Shown here piece after piece: positions 47,963 to 57,669 of a stretch of 64,000 nt of DNA. The notes below the pieces were generated by a model. That model made no database searches. It was not told the origin of the DNA and was given only the letters and a program-made list of their open reading frames with translations. Positions within the stretch are counted from its first letter, which is position 1. Every line of letters begins with the position of its first letter. The translations under genes were made by a program, and so were the position numbers. The stretch is from contig CACODE010000008.1 of the NCBI GenBank assembly GCA_902625885.1, positions 1,747 through 65,746 on the forward strand, read 5' to 3'. Source of the DNA: an uncultured Candidatus Poseidoniales archaeon. Lineage in GTDB: Archaea; Thermoplasmatota; Poseidoniia; Poseidoniales; Poseidoniaceae.

Positions 47963-49201
47963 TCAGACGATGGTGCCGTATCCAATGAGGCGCCATCTTG
48001 AACCAACACGGCGGGAGAGCGAAATTCGTTGGCCTTTGTCAGCGCAAATTGGGAGACGTAAATCGAGGTCAGTCTTGGTTTTCTCAGCGTTTCGGGTGAC
48101 GCCAACAGATGTGGCGGTGGCGACGTTGAGCATGAGCATCTCGTTGTTTCTCAAGGGTTGAATTTTTTCTGGTGAAGCGTCGTCACCGGCAACCATGTGC
48201 GACATGAGATGGACATTGATGGACACGCTGGTGTGCACTTCCGGGAGGTCGCCCTTTCTGGCCACCACTTGGCCGGAAAGGTTGTCGGCCGTGGTGATTG
48301 ACGGATCGAGGAAGGTGGCCATCCCGCAGAGACCACCGGCGTGCATCGTGTCAAGGGTAAGGCCACCGCCTTGCATGCTTGATACCACGGCTTCGATGGG
48401 TTCCCAGGTTGATTTGTTTCCCTTCTCAATTTTTCGACCGGGACCGATGATGATTTCATCACCTTCGGAGAATTCCCCTTCGACAATGCTTCCACCGATC
48501 ACGCCACCGCGAAGCTTCGACGGCCTTGTTCCGGGGCGGTTGATGTCGAAAGAGCGAGCCACGTGCATGATGGAGCGTTTGTCCTCGGAACGATCGGGTG
48601 TCGGAATGGTGGATTGGATGGCTTGAATGAGCACGTCCAGATTCACGTCGTGGTGCGCAGAGACGGGTATGATTGGGGCGTTTTCAGCGATCGTGCCCTT
48701 GAGAAAGTCCTTGATTTCAGCATGAGACTCCATGGCCCTCTCCTTTGACACCAAATCGATCTTGTTCTGAACGATAACGATGTTTTCAATGCCGGCGATT
48801 TCCAACGCCATGAGGTGTTCCCGAGTTTGCGGTTGTGGGCACGTGTCGTTGGCCGCCACCATCAACATCGCACCGTCCATGATGGAGGCGCCGGTGATCA
48901 TGATCGCCATCAGCGTCTCGTGGCCTGGAGCATCCACGAAAGAAACGACACGTTCGAGTTCCGAGGCGACATCCTCACCGCCATCAGGGCGTTTGCCCGT
49001 GGCGTAATACGTCCCCTCGTCGTCTTTGTAGAACGCCGTGTCGGCATAGCCCAGTTTGATGGAAATTCCACGCTTTCGTTCTTCCGAGTGCGTGTCGGTC
49101 CAGATACCGGAGAGGGCTTGCGTGAGCGTTGTCTTTCCGTGGTCAACGTGTCCAACAAGACCGATGTTGACCTCTGGTTGGGCGGGAAGCTTTCGTGCCA
49201 T
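47963..49201 (-). CDS. eif2g: Translation initiation factor aIF2 gamma
   Basis: QPEVNIGLVGHVDHGKTT, RGISIKLGY, DAPGHE, QNKID and RWRLIGYG. Confidence 0.97.
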   Translation of the reverse strand: MARKLPAQPEVNIGLVGHVDHGKTTLTQALSGIWTDTHSEERKRGISIKLGYADTAFYKDDEGTYYATGKRPDGGEDVASELERVVSFVDAPGHETLMAIMITGASIMDGAMLMVAANDTCPQPQTREHLMALEIAGIENIVIVQNKIDLVSKERAMESHAEIKDFLKGTIAENAPIIPVSAHHDVNLDVLIQAIQSTIPTPDRSEDKRSIMHVARSFDINRPGTRPSKLRGGVIGGSIVEGEFSEGDEIIIGPGRKIEKGNKSTWEPIEAVVSSMQGGGLTLDTMHAGGLCGMATFLDPSITTADNLSGQVVARKGDLPEVHTSVSINVHLMSHMVAGDDASPEKIQPLRNNEMLMLNVATATSVGVTRNAEKTKTDLDLRLPICADKGQRISLSRRVGSRWRLIGYGTIV

Positions 49202-49241
49202 GCTTCCCACTTCCTATGTTCTCCGATGGCCCTCTCGGGTT

Positions 49242-49763
49242 TCACTCCGATGCTTCCTCGCCCTCGGCCCCGAGGATGGTGGCGAGGGGCTTTTTGCCGG
49301 ATTCGACCACTTTTAGATTGATTTGTCGCGTGTCTTGCGTGATGGTGTTCCCGCGGAAATTCCGTCGCTTTCGAAGGCCGTCGGGTTTGTATCGGAAACG
49401 CTTCTTGTCGCCTCCTTTCTTCTTGTGAACGATGACTTCACCCTTGTATCCAGTGGATTGAGTGACCAGGATGGATTGGCGGTTTCCGCCCTCTAGGTCT
49501 CGACGCATGGGCGTTCCTGTCTTGTCAGAACCGCCCGTGATTTCGAGTTTGTAGCCGTTGAGGGTCTTGTCGCCCTCGCCCACAAAGAGCCCGTCCACGA
49601 CATCACCAATTCGCTTGCCCAGCATTTGAGCGTGGTTGTTTCCGGTGATTTTGAGGGAGTAGGCCTTGCCGCCGGTTCTCGATTTACCGCTCTTGTCCGT
49701 GTGATTGAAACTGGCGTCGGTATCGTTGACCACCGCAATGAATTCAGCATCGTTTCCTGCCAT
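49242..49763 (-). CDS. rps6e: 30S ribosomal protein S6e
   Basis: LGKRIGD, YKLEITGGSDKTGTPMR and RGNTI...QINLKV. Confidence 0.95.
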   Translation of the reverse strand: MAGNDAEFIAVVNDTDASFNHTDKSGKSRTGGKAYSLKITGNNHAQMLGKRIGDVVDGLFVGEGDKTLNGYKLEITGGSDKTGTPMRRDLEGGNRQSILVTQSTGYKGEVIVHKKKGGDKKRFRYKPDGLRKRRNFRGNTITQDTRQINLKVVESGKKPLATILGAEGEEASE

Positions 49764-49830
49764 GAGAACACCTCTAGGGATTTGTCCGACAAATGACCCG
49801 TATTTAGCCCCATCGTCTCTGTTTCAGCCG

Positions 49831-51036
49831 TCAAGAACGACGAAGTCGCTTTGGTAGAAGCAATTCAAGGCGGCTGGCGATGTCTGCAGGCAGGAAGTGT
49901 GGCATGCTCAGGTGCGTCGTTCTCCCCCGTCCGCCGGGAACGGTCGCCACTCGTGTGGCGATGATGCCTTCGCGTTCAATTTGTTTCGCATATTTCCACA
50001 ACGTTGTGTGGCTTTTCGGCTTCTGTTCATACTCCTCGCAAACGACGGCATACAGTCGTTCAACATCGCCCATCGTCATGGTTTCTTCGGTGCGAAGGCG
50101 ACGACAGATGGCCAACAAAACGAGCATGCCTTGAGGAAGAAGATCGTCGACAACCTCAAGGCGGCTTGCGGTGTCCAAAGCAACGTTGTCGCTCATGGCA
50201 TGAATGTCTTCGATGGTGATGGATCGCTCACCGTGCCCGTCCTGCCGAAATTCGCAGCGCTCGGCGGCGGCACTAAGGTACTCGATGACGCGTCGCGCAT
50301 CGCCACCCGATGCGGCTCTTTCTGCCAACAAACGAACCGTAGCGTCGGTCCACGTACCGGGAACTAGCGCCAGTTCGGCTCGCTGGCGGGCGATGGCCTC
50401 CAAGCCGTCGACGGTGTAAGACGGGATACGAAGGTGGTTGGATTGGCCAAACTTCGACAGCACGGCTGTTTCCAAGACGTCCAAAACCTGTTCCTGGCTG
50501 ATGAGGATGAGCGAGAGGGTCCCAGTACCGTCCTGATCTTCGTCGATACGGAGCAGTTGGTACAGCAACTCATCTCCAGAACGCCGCAGCATGTGGTCCA
50601 CTTCGTCGAGCACGACGATGAGGTGCGTTGAGGTTCTGCGCAGCATTTTTCGCAGACTGAGAAGCATCTCACCAAGCGAAAGCCCTCGGTCAGGATGGCC
50701 CGGGTCAAAGAGGTGGAGGATGCGCTGAGCGACCCGCATGCTGGTTGATGCGTTGCGGCAGTTCACGTGCGCAATCTTGAGTTCCCGTTTGCCGGAAAGG
50801 TGACGCTGCAAATCCCGGCAGAAGGTCTTGGCGAGCACCGTTTTCCCGCTTCCCACCGGTCCTGTAATCACTGCACGAGCGGCGCCTTCCGGGGAGGCGA
50901 TGTTGGAGAATTTTGAGGCGAGTTCGTGCTGAATGCTTTCGCGACCGACCAATGTTTCCGGCACATAGTCAAAGTCCAACCTCTCTGGGTGAGCGATGAT
51001 GAAGCCAGCGCCAATCCGGTCCAGATACCCTGTCAT
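49831..51036 (-). CDS. cdc6: Orc1/Cdc6 replication initiator
   Basis: DYVPETLVGRE, GPVGSGKT, HVNCR, VLDEVD, GDARR and a C-terminal winged helix ending GGRGRT. Confidence 0.95.
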   Translation of the reverse strand: MTGYLDRIGAGFIIAHPERLDFDYVPETLVGRESIQHELASKFSNIASPEGAARAVITGPVGSGKTVLAKTFCRDLQRHLSGKRELKIAHVNCRNASTSMRVAQRILHLFDPGHPDRGLSLGEMLLSLRKMLRRTSTHLIVVLDEVDHMLRRSGDELLYQLLRIDEDQDGTGTLSLILISQEQVLDVLETAVLSKFGQSNHLRIPSYTVDGLEAIARQRAELALVPGTWTDATVRLLAERAASGGDARRVIEYLSAAAERCEFRQDGHGERSITIEDIHAMSDNVALDTASRLEVVDDLLPQGMLVLLAICRRLRTEETMTMGDVERLYAVVCEEYEQKPKSHTTLWKYAKQIEREGIIATRVATVPGGRGRTTHLSMPHFLPADIASRLELLLPKRLRRS

Positions 51037-51125
51037 ATCAAGTGAATGCTGATGTCAACCGTTCTAAAAGATGTGGTCCTATGACCAAACACAGCAAGGG
51101 CTTTCTTGAACGGAAAGCGGTGGCT

Positions 51126-52232
51126 TCAATGGATTTGGTCGAACTTGTAACCGTTCTCCCACTTCTTCTCGCCCAGAACGACCTGAAGCTCGTAAGGCGT
51201 GATCATTGGTTTGGCGTACTTCACAGCGTCGTCAATGGCGATTCGCGGGCAAGCGGTGTTGACGAACACGTCGACAGGGTAGAAGTCGATCAGTTCGGGT
51301 CCGACGTGCTCCATGGCCAGAAGGAAGCCTTTTTTCCCCTTCTTTTCGAGCTTTCTTTTCATTCTCAAAGCAAGGTTTCGTCGCATTTGACCCGGTTTTG
51401 CTCCGATCAGTATACCGAACCTGTCCTTGTCCATCGACGACATAATCAAACCTGACCGCTGCCTCAATATTCTCTCAATGCGTTCCCTTCCCATCTCTCT
51501 GGCTTCCCCGGAATAGGGGTCCAACATCGCCAAAGGCTTGCCCGTATGCAGGACCAGCCCAATCGGGTGGAAATCTCCGCTACCGAGGAACACGTAGTGC
51601 CCAACCGTTGGGTCGTCGCCGGAGTAGTTGCAACCGAGGACTTGCCCGGGGAAAGAAAGCCGTGCCCCACCGATAGGAATGGTGACATCAAAGCCGGCTT
51701 CTTCAAAATGTTTCTTGAAGGTCGGCAGCAAGTGCAGGTGCTGAATGCTGCCCACCAGGCCGAGTTTCGTGTCCGTGAGGGGTGCAACCCTTCCGACCAT
51801 GTCTTCGAACCGGTCCAGCGCTTCAAGTTCCGAAAGAACAGGTCCCGAGGCGTCGTTCATGCGGCTTCTGGCGATTTCTCGGTGAGCGTGGAGGTACGGG
51901 AGAACCGGAGCGATTTCTGGATTCCCGTAGTAGGTGACGGGGATGAATTCGGTGGGCATTCCGGAATCGATGTTCATCTGAGAGTGGCCCATGTGGGCGA
52001 CAAGTTCCACACCAATGTTTTGCATCTTGTCGTGCACGAGGTCGCAGGCACCGTAGCACGGGTCAGCGGAAAGAACGACCCTGGCGGAGGTCGCCGTTTC
52101 AATTTCGTCCATCATTTCCAACGCTTGCATTTTCAGCCCTTCTGGAACTTGGAGGGCGACCAGCTTGAGGTCGTTGGCTTTGATTCGCTCGACCAGTTCG
52201 TCCAGTTTGAAATCGTGCCTGCCCAAATCCAC
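51126..52232 (-). CDS. dph2: 2-(3-amino-3-carboxypropyl)histidine synthase (diphthamide biosynthesis)
   Basis: LQVPEGLK, PCYGACD, GQVLGC and NTACPRI. Confidence 0.95.
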   Translation of the reverse strand: MDLGRHDFKLDELVERIKANDLKLVALQVPEGLKMQALEMMDEIETATSARVVLSADPCYGACDLVHDKMQNIGVELVAHMGHSQMNIDSGMPTEFIPVTYYGNPEIAPVLPYLHAHREIARSRMNDASGPVLSELEALDRFEDMVGRVAPLTDTKLGLVGSIQHLHLLPTFKKHFEEAGFDVTIPIGGARLSFPGQVLGCNYSGDDPTVGHYVFLGSGDFHPIGLVLHTGKPLAMLDPYSGEAREMGRERIERILRQRSGLIMSSMDKDRFGILIGAKPGQMRRNLALRMKRKLEKKGKKGFLLAMEHVGPELIDFYPVDVFVNTACPRIAIDDAVKYAKPMITPYELQVVLGEKKWENGYKFDQIH

Positions 52233-52329
52233 CGTTTCACCACCTGCACGCTGCGCTTGTCACACTGGTCCCCGTGGTCCCCCGTCCGGCCTCTCCTTGA
52301 TGAATCCACCCATTGAATTCGGGAACAGT

Positions 52330-52905
52330 TTACCCATCCAGCAGGACGATGCTCTCCCCGTCCATTTCCAACTTCACCAGGGATTGAATGCGTATGTCAG
52401 GATAGAGACCTTGGAGCCGTTCGAGCCCTTCGCCTTTTTCGACAACGGCCAGCACGTTGGTCACCCTCGCCTTTGCTCTGTGCACGCCCTCTATCACCGC
52501 TTCCGCGGTACCCCCGGTGGAAAGCACGTCGTCAACGATGGCCACACGTTCGCCTTCTTTGAGATTATTAAGGTACATGGATCCTTTTGAGTAGCCGGTG
52601 GATTGGTCGATTTTTACTTCCCCTTCCAAGCCGTAAGCACGCTTTCTTGCCACAACCAACGGCAACCCGGTCGATATGCTGACAGGAGCCGAAAGCGGTA
52701 GGCCCATGGCTTCAATGCCGAGGAGAAGGTCGACTTCGCTCCAGTCGATTCGCTGAACGACAAGCTCGATGATCGATTCAAGGACCTCTGGATGCATCCG
52801 AGGAACGCCGTCGGTGATGGGGTGAATGAAATACGGATAATCCCCCTTCCAGATAACGGGCGCCGATTTTAGGCTCTGGCGCAGGTTTTCCATGGCGTCG
52901 GCCAT
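52330..52905 (-). CDS. hpt: Archaeal purine phosphoribosyltransferase
   Basis: YPYFIHPITDGVP, IEAMGLP, QSTGYSKG and VDDVLSTGGT. Confidence 0.88.
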   Translation of the reverse strand: MADAMENLRQSLKSAPVIWKGDYPYFIHPITDGVPRMHPEVLESIIELVVQRIDWSEVDLLLGIEAMGLPLSAPVSISTGLPLVVARKRAYGLEGEVKIDQSTGYSKGSMYLNNLKEGERVAIVDDVLSTGGTAEAVIEGVHRAKARVTNVLAVVEKGEGLERLQGLYPDIRIQSLVKLEMDGESIVLLDG

Positions 52906-52970
52906 GCCAGCGGGTCAGCGCTTGAGTTAATCATCGTTGAGGACCGTTTGGCGGCCTCAGGCAGAACTCG

Positions 52971-53396
52971 TCAAAGTTCGGCGAGGTATTCGACGTATTC
53001 GTTGTGTTCCATCAAATTCTCAAGAAGCTGCTTATCGTCAGGATTCAACTGGAGTTCGTGGGGCTCAAGCAGGATAATCCACCCGTCGTTGTAGGCAGAA
53101 TCGTTGACCAGGTCTGGACTGATTTCCACTTCTCCGTTGACGTCAGAGATAACCCCCGAGAACGGCGAAGTCAAGGAGATTTTCTCATCGGCGGTCCACA
53201 GAGAGAACAGGCTGCCGCCCTCGTCAACTTCGGTTTCGGCTTGCGGGAGAATAACCCGCAAGACGTCGCCTATTTCCACGCGAAGAAACTCGCTGACGCC
53301 AATCATCAATTTCTGGTCTTTCTGCTGGAACCAAAGGTGCTCCATCGAGTATTTCCTGTCTTGGGCAATCACGAATTCAATGATATCGTCATCCAC
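52971..53396 (-). CDS. Glycine-cleavage H-protein-like, lacking the canonical lipoyl-Lys
   Basis: YSMEHLW, IGVSEF, SPFSG..SDVN and PDLVNDSAYNDGWI. Asp70 occupies the lipoyl position. Confidence 0.8.
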   Translation of the reverse strand: MDDDIIEFVIAQDRKYSMEHLWFQQKDQKLMIGVSEFLRVEIGDVLRVILPQAETEVDEGGSLFSLWTADEKISLTSPFSGVISDVNGEVEISPDLVNDSAYNDGWIILLEPHELQLNPDDKQLLENLMEHNEYVEYLAEL

Positions 53397-53513
53397 ATTG
53401 TTCGCCTCGTATCGCGCCTTTCACAGGTGGTATATGAAGAGTGAGGGTCAATCCGTTTTCCGACAGAACAAACGGATTAAGAAACACCCCATGTTGGGAG
53501 TATTGGTGGCGGC

Positions 53514-54683
53514 GTGAACTTTGGAGAAAGCGATGAACAGCAAATGATTCGTGAACTGGTGAGAGAATTCGCAGAAACGGTGCTTGCGCCGACGGTGGAG
53601 CACCGAGATCAGAACCAAATCCCGCCTGCAGAGGAATGGCAAGCGTTCCTCGAATACGGTCTCCACGGGGTCACTATTCCCGAAGCGTATGGTGGTTCTC
53701 CCATTGACGATGTTTCCGAAGCCATCATCGTTGAGGAACTTGCCCGGGTTGACCCCTCCTTCGCCGTAATGTACTGTGTCCATGTTGGGCTCTGCTCGAT
53801 GACGATTGCTCTCCACGGGGACGAGCAGCAGAAAAAAGCATGGCTTCCCAGGCTCGCAGCCGGCGAAGTAGGTGCCTACTCACTCTCAGAAGCCGGAGCC
53901 GGTACGGATGCGGCCGCCATGACGTGCAAGGCGAAACTTTCCGAAGATGGAAAGCACTACCTCCTGAACGGCGAGAAGATGTGGGTGACCAACGGTGCGC
54001 AGGCTCAAATTCTTGTCCTGTTCGCAAAGGACGTTGACCATCCCGACTACGGCGTCAAGAAACACGGTGGCACCACGGCCTTCATTGTCGATGCCGATTA
54101 CGAAGGCTTCTCGGTCGGGAAGAAGGAAGACAAACTCGGCATTCGCTCCTCCGACACCTGCACCCTCGTTCTGAACAACTGCAAGGTGCCTGTTGAGAAC
54201 ATCTTGAAAGGGGTCGGCAACGGTTTCCCTATCGCTATGAACGCCCTGGACAACAGCCGTATCGGCATCGCTGCGCAGGCTCTCGGCATCGCCCAGGGTG
54301 CGTATGAATCCGCCCTCAAATACGCCCACGAGCGGGAAGCCTTTGGCAAACCCATTGCTTTCCATCAGATGATCATGGCCTACCTTGCCGACATGGCTAC
54401 ACAGATTGAAGCCGCTCGTTTGTTGGTTTACAAAGCCGCTTGGACCAAAGAACAGCACTACCACGCCGATGGTCAGCGTCACTCAAAGGAAGCAAGCATG
54501 GCCAAGCTTTTCGCTGGCGACACAGCGATGTGGGTCTCGGAGCGGGCGATACAGGTCCTTGGTGGCTATGGCTACACGAAGGAATTCCCCGTCGAACGCT
54601 TCTTCCGAGATGCTAAAATCACGCAAATTTACGAAGGCACGCAAGAGGTTCAGCGAATCGTGATCGCTCGAGCGTTGAAGTGA
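53514..54683 (+). CDS. Acyl-CoA dehydrogenase
   Basis: LSEAGAGTD, NGEKMWVTNG, KLGIRSS, GGYGY and RDAKITQIYEGT. Confidence 0.95.
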   Translation: MNFGESDEQQMIRELVREFAETVLAPTVEHRDQNQIPPAEEWQAFLEYGLHGVTIPEAYGGSPIDDVSEAIIVEELARVDPSFAVMYCVHVGLCSMTIALHGDEQQKKAWLPRLAAGEVGAYSLSEAGAGTDAAAMTCKAKLSEDGKHYLLNGEKMWVTNGAQAQILVLFAKDVDHPDYGVKKHGGTTAFIVDADYEGFSVGKKEDKLGIRSSDTCTLVLNNCKVPVENILKGVGNGFPIAMNALDNSRIGIAAQALGIAQGAYESALKYAHEREAFGKPIAFHQMIMAYLADMATQIEAARLLVYKAAWTKEQHYHADGQRHSKEASMAKLFAGDTAMWVSERAIQVLGGYGYTKEFPVERFFRDAKITQIYEGTQEVQRIVIARALK

Positions 54684-55742
54684 TTACGCTTCCAAGCAAA
54701 TGGCCTGTTTGAGGGCGACATCCCAGTCGTGCATCAAAACACCCCCGTCAAACCTGTCTCCGGCAGCGGGTGGTTGTTCGCACGGTTTTAGCATAACTCG
54801 GAAGGAATAGCCCTCCTCGGCCGTGCAGTGCAGTGTGTATCCGTTCCTGTACAAGCCCGTGCCGAGCAATGTACGGGAAACCGAGCTGACGGTTGAACTA
54901 ACGATGAAGGCGGGTGCATCAGCCATGAGGCCTTGGGCTTCGCTTCTCAACTTCGCCGCCTCCAAGGTTTGAATAAAACCTTCAATCCCATCCACGGTCT
55001 CTATTTCTTCTTCCACGGCTTCCTGCTCCACGACCTCGATGGGCGATGGTTCGTTCACCTCGGCGATTTCTTCTATTTGCGGCAGAACCGAGATGTCGTG
55101 TGTATCCAGCCGGGCCCCAAGATGAATCAGCTGCAAAACGTAGTTGCCCTCGTTGGGGATTGTGAGTTCAAATTCGTCAAAATTCGGTCGGTCCATGTCG
55201 GTCGCAGCAACGTCTTGGGTCAGAGCGACTTGGTTGCTGTCTCGGTCCGTGATCACGATTTGGTAAGCGTCAACATCGGTGTTGAACGAAACGGTTACGG
55301 AAAACGGTGAGCCAGCCTCAACTTCGTTTTCCAGCACAGCCACCGTGCCGGTTACCTCGATTTTTTGTTGAAACAATTCGTCGGGGATAACCAGGCCGCT
55401 GGCGGCAAGGAACGCCATCCAGTCGTCAAGCGGCATCCCTCTTTTTGCATCGGCGTCGACAAAAGAAAACACGAGTTCAACAACCCATTCCGGCGGCCTT
55501 TCGCCGGTCATTCTGCCGAGCAAATTGCCAAATTCATCGCCCGAAATAATGCCGTCTTCGTTGGCATCAAGTTCCTTTGTCAGTTTAATGGGTGACATGG
55601 AAGATTTGCTCAACCATTTCTTGAAATTGTTGTTCAGCAACATCGCCATGGTGTTGCCCTGCGTGATGCCGTCGATGCGAGCCTGCAGGTCTTGCACCCT
55701 CTGGTCAAACACCTGTTTTTCCGGCAGTTCAATGGTCGCCAT
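54684..55742 (-). CDS. EF-hand-containing hypothetical protein
   Basis: DANEDGIISGDE is a canonical EF-hand loop; a second loop (DADAKRGMPLDD) is degenerate. Confidence 0.65.
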   Translation of the reverse strand: MATIELPEKQVFDQRVQDLQARIDGITQGNTMAMLLNNNFKKWLSKSSMSPIKLTKELDANEDGIISGDEFGNLLGRMTGERPPEWVVELVFSFVDADAKRGMPLDDWMAFLAASGLVIPDELFQQKIEVTGTVAVLENEVEAGSPFSVTVSFNTDVDAYQIVITDRDSNQVALTQDVAATDMDRPNFDEFELTIPNEGNYVLQLIHLGARLDTHDISVLPQIEEIAEVNEPSPIEVVEQEAVEEEIETVDGIEGFIQTLEAAKLRSEAQGLMADAPAFIVSSTVSSVSRTLLGTGLYRNGYTLHCTAEEGYSFRVMLKPCEQPPAAGDRFDGGVLMHDWDVALKQAICLEA

Positions 55743-55786
55743 GAACCTCCCAAGGCCTTCATCCCCATCAAATTGATGCCGACGAA

Positions 55787-57151
55787 TCAGGGAAACACGG
55801 GTTGAGGCCAGTCTTCGTGAGCGCCGTGTTCGTACGGCAGCCGACTCAAGACCGCTTCCATCGCTGCGGGCTCATTGATGCTTTCTTCAATTTGTATTCG
55901 ATGAAGCCACTGCTTGAGTCGGCCCAACCTCACGCCCTCAATGTCGCCGGTGCGGGCCATGATCCAATGCCCGTCGACAAGGCATGCTCGGTGACCTTCA
56001 CCGTCCTTCAGGTCTTGCCATAACCTAAGCAGTGCGTCGATTTCATGGCCGCCTACTTTGAGACCGGTGTGGACATTGACTGCACGATTATGCATCGCTT
56101 TTTGGATGGAAAGGTGTGCGCCTGCGTCCTTTCTCATGACGTGATGAAACACGCGCATTTCGCTCGCAACATCGGTGGGCAAATGACCCAGTTGCTCATG
56201 AAAAACCGCTGTCTTTCGTTGCAGTTCCCTCGACGTTCGCAGACGTTGAAGTTGATGAACGACCCCTTTCGTTGGATGTTCTATCGTAAGCAACGCCAAC
56301 CTTTGGTGCAGCAAGAGGTCGTTGAGTTCATTCTCGTCAAGCAACTTGAAAAGCGCCTCGTTGAACACCGTCATGTCCTCAAAAACATGACGAAGCACGC
56401 CCTGCTCCTGCATGCGCCCAAGAATTTCTCCGGGGCGGTCACCCTCCAGTATTTTTCGCATCTCCATCCATCGGCGTTCTATGGCAACCAAGGTCAACCG
56501 AAGGCCGTGCTCTGAAACGGCTGAAGCGAGCGAGGGTTCCATACGCCACAGAGCGCCGCCATCCCTGCGCAGGAACCTGTACGCTCGCAGGATTCGGAGA
56601 GCATCCTCTTCGCATCGCAACCTCGCATCTCCGACGGCACGGACGGTTCGATGGCGGAGGTCAATCGCTCCTTGAAACGGGTCGTAGAGAAGCTGGCGAG
56701 CCACGTCAACGGCCATGCTGTTGAAGGTGAAATCTCGACGACTGAGATCCTCGCGAAGTGACGATCCCCACTGGACGTGCTCTGGTCGCCTGCCGTCCCT
56801 GTACATTGATTCCGTTCTCAGGGTTGTCACCTCGTAGTGCCTGCCTTCTCCTTTGACCGTCACCGTCCCGTAATCAACGCCGGTTGGAATGGCCTTCTCA
56901 CCGAACAAAGTGAGCATACGATCGGGCGGGCACGTCGTGCACACATCGATGTCTGATGAGGGATCGCCAAGCCACGCATCCCTCACGCACCCACCGACCA
57001 GCCAAGCACCAGCGCCATCGTTGGCCAGGGTCTGCAGGACGGTCAGCAAGTCGTTTGGAAGCGTGCCGAGCCACCGAAGAAGCATCGGTGGGCACGGGTT
57101 CCCTGCCATGTCGGCTTCAAGGCCCGGCGTCAGATTTTTGGTGCTCGACAT
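55787..57151 (-). CDS. cca: Class II CCA tRNA nucleotidyltransferase
   Basis: LVGGCVRD, DID, RRDFTFNSM and EDALRILR. The start may instead be 57109. Confidence 0.88.
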   Translation of the reverse strand: MSSTKNLTPGLEADMAGNPCPPMLLRWLGTLPNDLLTVLQTLANDGAGAWLVGGCVRDAWLGDPSSDIDVCTTCPPDRMLTLFGEKAIPTGVDYGTVTVKGEGRHYEVTTLRTESMYRDGRRPEHVQWGSSLREDLSRRDFTFNSMAVDVARQLLYDPFQGAIDLRHRTVRAVGDARLRCEEDALRILRAYRFLRRDGGALWRMEPSLASAVSEHGLRLTLVAIERRWMEMRKILEGDRPGEILGRMQEQGVLRHVFEDMTVFNEALFKLLDENELNDLLLHQRLALLTIEHPTKGVVHQLQRLRTSRELQRKTAVFHEQLGHLPTDVASEMRVFHHVMRKDAGAHLSIQKAMHNRAVNVHTGLKVGGHEIDALLRLWQDLKDGEGHRACLVDGHWIMARTGDIEGVRLGRLKQWLHRIQIEESINEPAAMEAVLSRLPYEHGAHEDWPQPVFP

Positions 57152-57225
57152 GATTGACGCCTCCTGTTGTTGCCGTGCGCTCTTTGTGAAAAAGCATTAT
57201 GTGACGGTTGCCGCAGGAGTGGTCA

Positions 57226-57669
57226 ATGTCGTGGAGAGAAGAGGACGTCCAACTGGTGCCGTTATCGTGGCTCAAGCCCCACGAAGAGATTAAAGAAAAA
57301 AACCGCGATCGACTTTTGGACATGACAAAGCGGTGGGGAGGCTACACCAAACCTCTCATCGTTGACCGAAAGACCGGAGCTATCCTCGACGGGCACCACC
57401 GACACTCAATCGCCACCGTTCTTTCGCTTAAGCGCGTGCCGGCCATATGCGTGGATTACCTCTCGAACGATGCCATTGAACTTGGCGTCTGGCCAGGTTG
57501 CGGTCGATCGTCTCTTGAGAAGCAAGATGTGATCGACATGGCCCTGTCAGGTCAACTTTACCCGCCAAAAACAAGCCGTCACTCGCTCCCCGAAGAGACA
57601 CCGCCGATCTATGTGCCGTTGGAGACCCTGATGAAGCATCCACCGTTCAACGGTCCTGACGGGTCTTGA
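57226..57669 (+). CDS. ParB/Srx N-terminal-domain protein (stand-alone)
   Basis: LKPHEE, PLIVD...ILDGHHR and PPKTSRH. Confidence 0.8.
   Translation: MSWREEDVQLVPLSWLKPHEEIKEKNRDRLLDMTKRWGGYTKPLIVDRKTGAILDGHHRHSIATVLSLKRVPAICVDYLSNDAIELGVWPGCGRSSLEKQDVIDMALSGQLYPPKTSRHSLPEETPPIYVPLETLMKHPPFNGPDGS

Noticed and set aside
51037-51125. Canonical oriC (ORB repeats) next to cdc6
   Set aside because: The upstream gap is only about 90 bp and the downstream gap about 67 bp. No TTCCAxTGGAAA/G-string ORB elements or AT-rich unwinding element are seen.
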